A stretch of DNA of 64,000 bases from Azolla caroliniana (taxonomy: Eukaryota > Plantae > Polypodiophyta). Position numbers and translations under genes: made by a program. Positions within the stretch are counted from its first letter, which is position 1. Every line of letters begins with the position of its first letter. The notes under the pieces were generated by a model. It did no database searches. It was not told where the DNA came from and saw only the letters and a list, made by a program, of their open reading frames with translations. This document shows positions 58,276-64,000 of this stretch, piece by piece. The stretch is from the NCBI GenBank assembly GCA_043228905.1, contig JBHGNT010000012.1, positions 17,360,001 through 17,424,000 on the forward strand, in the 5' to 3' direction.

Positions 58276-61265
58276 TCACTTTGAGTTCAATTTATCGACC
58301 AGGATCTTGTTCATTAAAGTCGGATTAATTTTCCCTCCTGATGCCTTCATGAGCTGCAAAAAGAAAAAAAAAAAGCAGCAGACATGAGAGTACAGAATTT
58401 GTCTGCCCATATCCATAAAGAGAATGCCACATTAATTATTTTGAACAAATGGAAAACCATACCTGACCACCAAAAAAGCCTTGAAGCTTTGTTTTGCCTC
58501 CCCTGTACTGTTCAACCTGCTTTGGATTCTCAGCCAAAATCTTGTCCACCATAGCCTCAATTGTCGCTGGATCAGAGATCTAGCCAAAATATATTATGAT
58601 TTAATTAACTCTTCCATGCATAGTAATCCAAAACAATATCATCATAACCTCTCTAATCTAACATTCTAATATCCTAACCATGAATATCTTGTTAACCTAT
58701 TTACTCTATCTTAACTCTCCCCTCGATTAATCTCTTCTTTATTCATTTATCCTACCTTAACCCCTTCATTAATCTCTTCTTATTCTAACTATCCTATCCC
58801 AGCCCCTTCATTAATCTCTTCTTAATACAATTAATTAATTATTAATTGTCTTCTACATATTATTTGCAAAGTTCAATATCAATATTACCATACTCTTTGA
58901 AAAAGCAATATTGAAAGCGTACTCTGAAAATTTTCGTGTATACTAACTTGGAATTATGAACTATCCTATCCCAGCCCCTTCATTAATCTCTTCTTAATAC
59001 AATTAATTAATTATTAATTGTCTTCTACATATTATTTGCAAAGTTCAATATCAATATTACCATACTCTTTGAAAAAGCAATATTGAAAGCGTACTCTGAA
59101 AATTTTCGTGTATACTAACTTGGAATTATGTGCTCTTGCACATATGTAAGAGTTCATGATGACATTAGAATCCTCACATAGTAACTCATGGTTTCACGTG
59201 GACTATGGATCCCAGTACTGGGTTTTTATGGCAACCATGAGTTTTCACTCTTGTGGGGGAATAAATGGCAGATAGTATTGCCATATGCTTAATTATTGTA
59301 AGGGTTTTGTTCTCAGATTACCATCATGAAAGAAGAAGAAGAAGCATATCTTAACGTCTTTTAAATGATCAAAATGTTCCATGAACCCAAATAACATATC
59401 TTAAAATATTGTCACATCTTTAAGAACAAACCAAAATAGATATAACTAAATTAGTAAACCTACTAATGTACCAGATATTCTCATTAGCTAAAGCATTTAA
59501 CATCCTGAGTCTAGAGAGAGACAGATTTGTATTGTGCTTTTTATGTCTAATTGATACAACACCCATTAGGACAAAAGAGGGGGGAGGGGATCCACAAACC
59601 TGAAGAAGTCCTTTTGCTTCAATTATTGCTTTTGCATTTCCCCCATTCTCAAGCAAATCAATCAGTACCTAGAAGCAAGAGTGCCAGAAAGTTATTTATT
59701 TCCACAATGCATAAACGAAATGAAAGGAACAGAATCAGCGTGTCTCCGAGGGCTGTTTTATACCTCTTTGCCTATTTTCCCACTGATTGTTCCATCTTTA
59801 ATCAGTGAAATCAATTCAGCTAAGGATTTAGGTTGCAGTTTCACATCATTTATGGATAATTTTGAGCTCTTTAGATGGGCTGCAATATCACCCATTATCC
59901 AGTTTGCTGTCAACTTTACATCAGCTCCAGTACTCAATACCTCATCAAAAAATCTTGATATCTGAAAGAGATAAAATGAAATTTGTGATTGATGTGATCT
60001 CTCTGACAGATAACCCAAATGATAGAACTAGCAATTTGCAGCAACAAGTTCAGTGAGGTACATCATAGTCATTAGCCAAAACAAGCACATCCTGCATGCT
60101 CAAACCCATTGCTTCATATCGACGTCTCTTTTTATCTGGAAGTTCTGGTAGCTCAGCACGAACTCGATTTATAAATTCAGTGTCAAGGACTACCTCAGGT
60201 AAATCTGGTTCAGGAAAATAGCGATAATCAGCCAGTCCTTCCTTGAGCCTCATTGTACTGGTGCGCTGGCACATCGAAAAGTATCACTCATTCAAATATG
60301 TCCAGGTAAACTCAATGAAAAGAGTGGAATTTCCTGACTTCCTACTTGAGATCCTTCCTCCCAAAGACGTGTCTCTTGGACAATCTTCCCGGCTTGCCCC
60401 TCTAAATGTAATGAGACTTGCCGTGAAATCTCATATTCTATAGCACGTTGCATTGCAGAAAAAGAGTTCATATTTTTTATTTCCACCTGCCGAAAGACAT
60501 TTGCAAACACCACAATTAGCAGGAAAAACTGACTGAAGATGTGGAAAAACTATGAAATACCTCAGCATTTTTCTTTATTTTCCCAAATGACCTTAGTCAG
60601 CCCTTTCTTGATTAATTATATGTGCACCCTATTTGAACAATTATATGGTCAATCAATCCCCTTTCTTTTAAAAAACAATACTTAAGATGTAATCTCGTTT
60701 GGTCTTATGAGCCATTTTGGCCTCTTAAAAGATGTTAATATATCTTTCTTTCTTAATTACATGTGCTATTTAAGCGATTATAAGGTGTCAACTCATTCCC
60801 TTTCTATTCAATTCTATGTGGTAATTCAGCACTTACATGCATAATCATCCCCTTTTTCTTTTCAGGGATTGACCAGTGCCATTTCAGGAAATTATGAAAA
60901 ACCATGGGTATTTGGGGAAATATAGAAAACCTCTAGTATTGACGGGTTTTCCCTTTAAAAGGCTGTTCCATAGCAATTACCTTCAGAATTCATACCATTT
61001 GATTACTGTCACTAATCAAGAAACATGCATTACAAATTAGTTTACAGAAACTGACCTTGGTGCCAAACTTTTGTTCTCCCCTCTTTCTGACAGAGATATT
61101 TACATCACAGCGCATGGAACCTTCCTGCATATTGCCATTACTAATACCAAGATAACGAACAATTCTTTGAAGCTCTGCAGCATACTCAGCTGCTTCTAAG
61201 CCAGTACGCATGTCTGGTTCAGAGACCACCTCAAGCAGTGGAACTCCTGCTCTGTTCAAATCTAC
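58276..61265 (-). CDS. gatB: Organellar Glu-tRNA(Gln) amidotransferase subunit B, last 7 exons: 61265-61056, 60486-60346, 60265-60062, 59961-59764, 59668-59600, 58579-58463, 58353-58276
   Basis: [78 protein letters not shown]; all introns GT-AG and phase 0; 5' exons lie beyond the window. Confidence 0.97.
58787..59130. repeat. 172-bp tandem duplication in a gatB intron
   Basis: 58787-58958 repeated at 58959-59130 with no differences seen. Confidence 0.95.
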
Positions 61266-61308
61266 CTAGAAAATATCAATTAAAACTTTAACTTATAACT
61301 TATACCAT

Positions 61309-61348
<40 letters not shown>

Positions 61349-61352
<4 letters not shown>

Positions 61353-61657
61353 GATAACATGGATCAGCCCCAAATTTTCACTCGGTACAAAGATGGCCCA
61401 CTACAAGACACTTCTTACACATATCAGAGGATGGATTCATCATCAGGCCATCTTATATGGACATACATCTATCCTATGCACTGCGCAGTGTGATAGGGCA
61501 GCTGCGAACCTCATCACATCAACTAGAGATTGAGGTAGGCAAATATACACGAATACCTCTAGAAGAAAGAATTTGCAAATTGTGTCATCAAGGAGTGGAA
61601 TCCAAAGAACACTATGTTTGTCACTGTAGTGTCTTTTATGAAATCAGGGGGAGATAC
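61349..61657 (+). mobile_element. LINE 3' fragment in gatB intron, starting at (CT)n
   Basis: LRTSSHQLEIEVGKY...ERICKLC...EHYVCHC, homologous to 37986-38339; preceded by (CT)n at 61311-61348. Confidence 0.85.
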
Positions 61658-63314
61658 CCAATCGCTGGTGGAAGGGATGATAATACCTTTGGCGAGCATG
61701 TCGGTGACGGCGGCATCAATGTGAGCATGGTTGAGGGGGGGAACGTCGGCAAGTAGCCATGCAGATTGGAGTGGCGTCAACGGAATGAATGGCATGTTGT
61801 ATCGAGAATGATACAATGGGTGCATGCATGGGTTACAGGGCTAACAGTTGGCAGATGGAGGTCAAATGCTCTCGGGGACTTAGGGCCACCTGTACCTAGT
61901 TGAGATGGGGAACTGTGGGGCTACCGTGTAGGCAGGGGATCGAGGGAGCTTGTGGGAGTAATTGTTGGGCGTCAAAATCAAGCGTAGTGCAACGCTGGAT
62001 GAACCAATCGCATCCTAATGTGAGGGGGAAGAGCTGGTGTGGCAAGACATGAAAGTGGTGTGAGGTCATACTGCCTAAGGTGATGGTGCAATGGGCCTGA
62101 GTGCAAAAGTGGTAGAGTTGTTGGTGATCGCCAAAGAGCACCTAGATGGAGGGAGTGGTGGATGTTGGGAGACCTAATTGGTGAACGAAGGTGGCGCTTA
62201 TGTAAGAGATATTGTTGCTAGAGTCTAACAAGATGGTGTGGGTGGATTGATTGATGGTGGTGAGAGCAGTGCATACCTGCGAAGTGCAGTTGGTCAGTTT
62301 CCCGAGAGCTCGGCCAACGATACGGTGTCGGCCACTGTGACCTGGGCGTTTTGCTTTTGAGACTGATTTTGTAATTTCCTGCAATGATGTCATACTTGTC
62401 TATAATTGTTGCAGAAGAAGTACTTTAGGCACCCCTATGCATTGTGATTGGGAAGGTTGTGATCAGCCTACAATTGCACGTTTTGAACATCAATTTCCAC
62501 GGGGGATGCTCCTTGGGGTTAGGATCGCCAATCACTCGTTGGTGGAGGGGGCTAGCGTGGTAGGAAATTGAAGAGCGTGCAAGCTTCAATGCATTGGGTA
62601 ATTAGGATGGCCTCATTGAACATCTTCGGACCTTGGTCTCGAGCGTAGCGGGTGATTCATGCCGTACACGGGGCCACAAGAAGAAAAGCTTGACGTGCTC
62701 AGGCATAGTAGGATCAGTACGAACTAAGATTTGTTTTAATCAGACAGCAAATTGACCCACTCGTTCTTGCACTTGCTGCTACAACGTCTCAAGTTATTGC
62801 AACACTGTCTACATTGAATTCTGATGGGCGAAGTTTTGCACAAGGAGATCCCTGAGGATCCCCAGCTCTCTTGACCAAATCAGGTGGCGACAATGTTCTC
62901 CAAGTGGGTGCGAACTTCCTTGGCTTCGTGTGCATCTAACCATTGGTAGTAACTGGAGATCATTTCGGAGTGGTCCAACCAAGCTAATACATTTCGAAGT
63001 GGCTTCATGTGCGTCTAACCATTGCTAGTAACTGGAGACCATTCTAAGTTGGCGGAGAGGAAGGAGAGCATAGCTTGATTTGTGTAGCTGATTTGAATCA
63101 TGGCATTGGAGAGGACTTGCAGGAGCTACTCCATTTGGAAGTGTGGTGGGCACTTGTGAGGTTGTGGGAACTTGGGTTGCATAAGGGTATCGCCTTCCAA
63201 GGCCATGTGAGGGAGTTGAAAAGCCATGAATGAGGCTGCGAGCTAGTGTAACCCGCTTCGCCACCAATATGTGAAATGCACATAGAGGATCCAAACTCGA
63301 ATGTCTTGCCACTT
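61652..63314 (-). mobile_element. Degenerate 5' half of an element-4-family Ty3 element in gatB intron
   Basis: LTR end CATTTCACA plus TGGTGGCGAAGCGGG PBS at 63278-63252; gag and protease (ILLDSS) remnants; RT start IIIPSTSDWVS. Confidence 0.8.
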
Positions 63315-63436
63315 CTTTCCAGGTTAATTTATAGTGTATAACCCATTTGGGTGGGTTTGGCTACCAACTAATGCATGGAAGGCCTTTGCTTGCTAAATAG
63401 GTGGCACAAAGGTACACCATAGCATGAAGGCCTGCA

Positions 63437-64000
63437 CTTGCTAAAAAGGTGGCACAAAGGTATACCACAAAGTGGCAAGACAAACTAGCTTTGATCCTCT
63501 CTATGTGTCCATTTCACATACTGGTGGAGAAGTGGGGCACAATCTCAATTGCTAGCCCTGGCTCGTTCATGGCCTCCCAACTCCCTCACATTGCGTCGGA
63601 TGGCAATACCCTTATGCAGCCCAAGCTCCCGCAACCTCACAAGTGGCCACCACCCTTCCAAATGAAGCAACTCCTTCAAGTCTCCCTGCACTTGCTAAAA
63701 AGGTGGCACAAAGGTATACCACAAAGTGGCAAGACAAACTAGTTTTGATCCTCTCTATGTCCATTTCACATACTGGTGGAGAAACGGGGTACAATCTCAA
63801 TTGCTAGCCCTGCCTCATTCATGGCCTCCCAACTCCCTCACATAACGTCGGATGGCAATACCCCTATGCAGCCCGAGCTCCCGCAACCTCACAAGTGCCC
63901 ACCACCCTTCCAAATGAAGCAACTCCTCCAAGTCTCCCCCAACGCCATGATTCAAATCAGCCACATGAATCAAGCTATGCTCTCCTTCCTCTCCACCAAC
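63437..64000 (+). mobile_element. Opposite-orientation copy of the same Ty3 family (LTR end, PBS, gag start), with a 252-bp tandem duplication
   Basis: CATTTCACA-TAC-TGGTGGAGAA at 63510-63531 and 63762-63783; NQAMLSFLS gag motif shared with element 4. Confidence 0.8.

Noticed and set aside
58276-61265. Bacterial or organellar DNA insertion of gatB
   Set aside because: Gene has GT-AG spliceosomal introns, so it is an ordinary nuclear gene.

Overview
Eukaryotic plant genomic DNA, probably a fern or other seed-free vascular plant (inferred from a cyanovirin-N homolog, a fern-style PLS-class PPR gene and a Tcn1-like chromovirus). Host genes are an intronless PLS-E PPR gene (24914-27562, -), a CVNH lectin exon (55643-55966, +) and the last seven exons of organellar gatB (58276-61265, -). 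Most of the rest is a nested retrotransposon cluster: four Ty3/Gypsy elements with paired LTRs and TSDs (500-6293, 12333-22227, 38345-44300, 45762-50584), the 5' end of a Copia element, three solo LTRs, four RTE-X-like LINE copies or fragments, and a ~4 kb segmental duplication (30465-36030 vs 51598-55615). The most unusual unit is the young chromovirus at 500-6293. It has a Tf1-type self-priming PBS instead of a tRNA PBS, a tRNA-like A-box/B-box module in its LTR pointing antisense, a -1 frameshift cassette and 12 copies of the palindrome TAGTACTA. Also notable: a LINE whose ORF1 and ORF2 are in frame across a single UAG, apparent (CT)n targeting by the LINEs, a Ty3 family with 4-bp TSD and tRNA-Ala-like PBS that looks atypical for plants, and a hairpin array with a compensatory change in a retrotransposon leader. 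All calls were made by eye; no database search was run.
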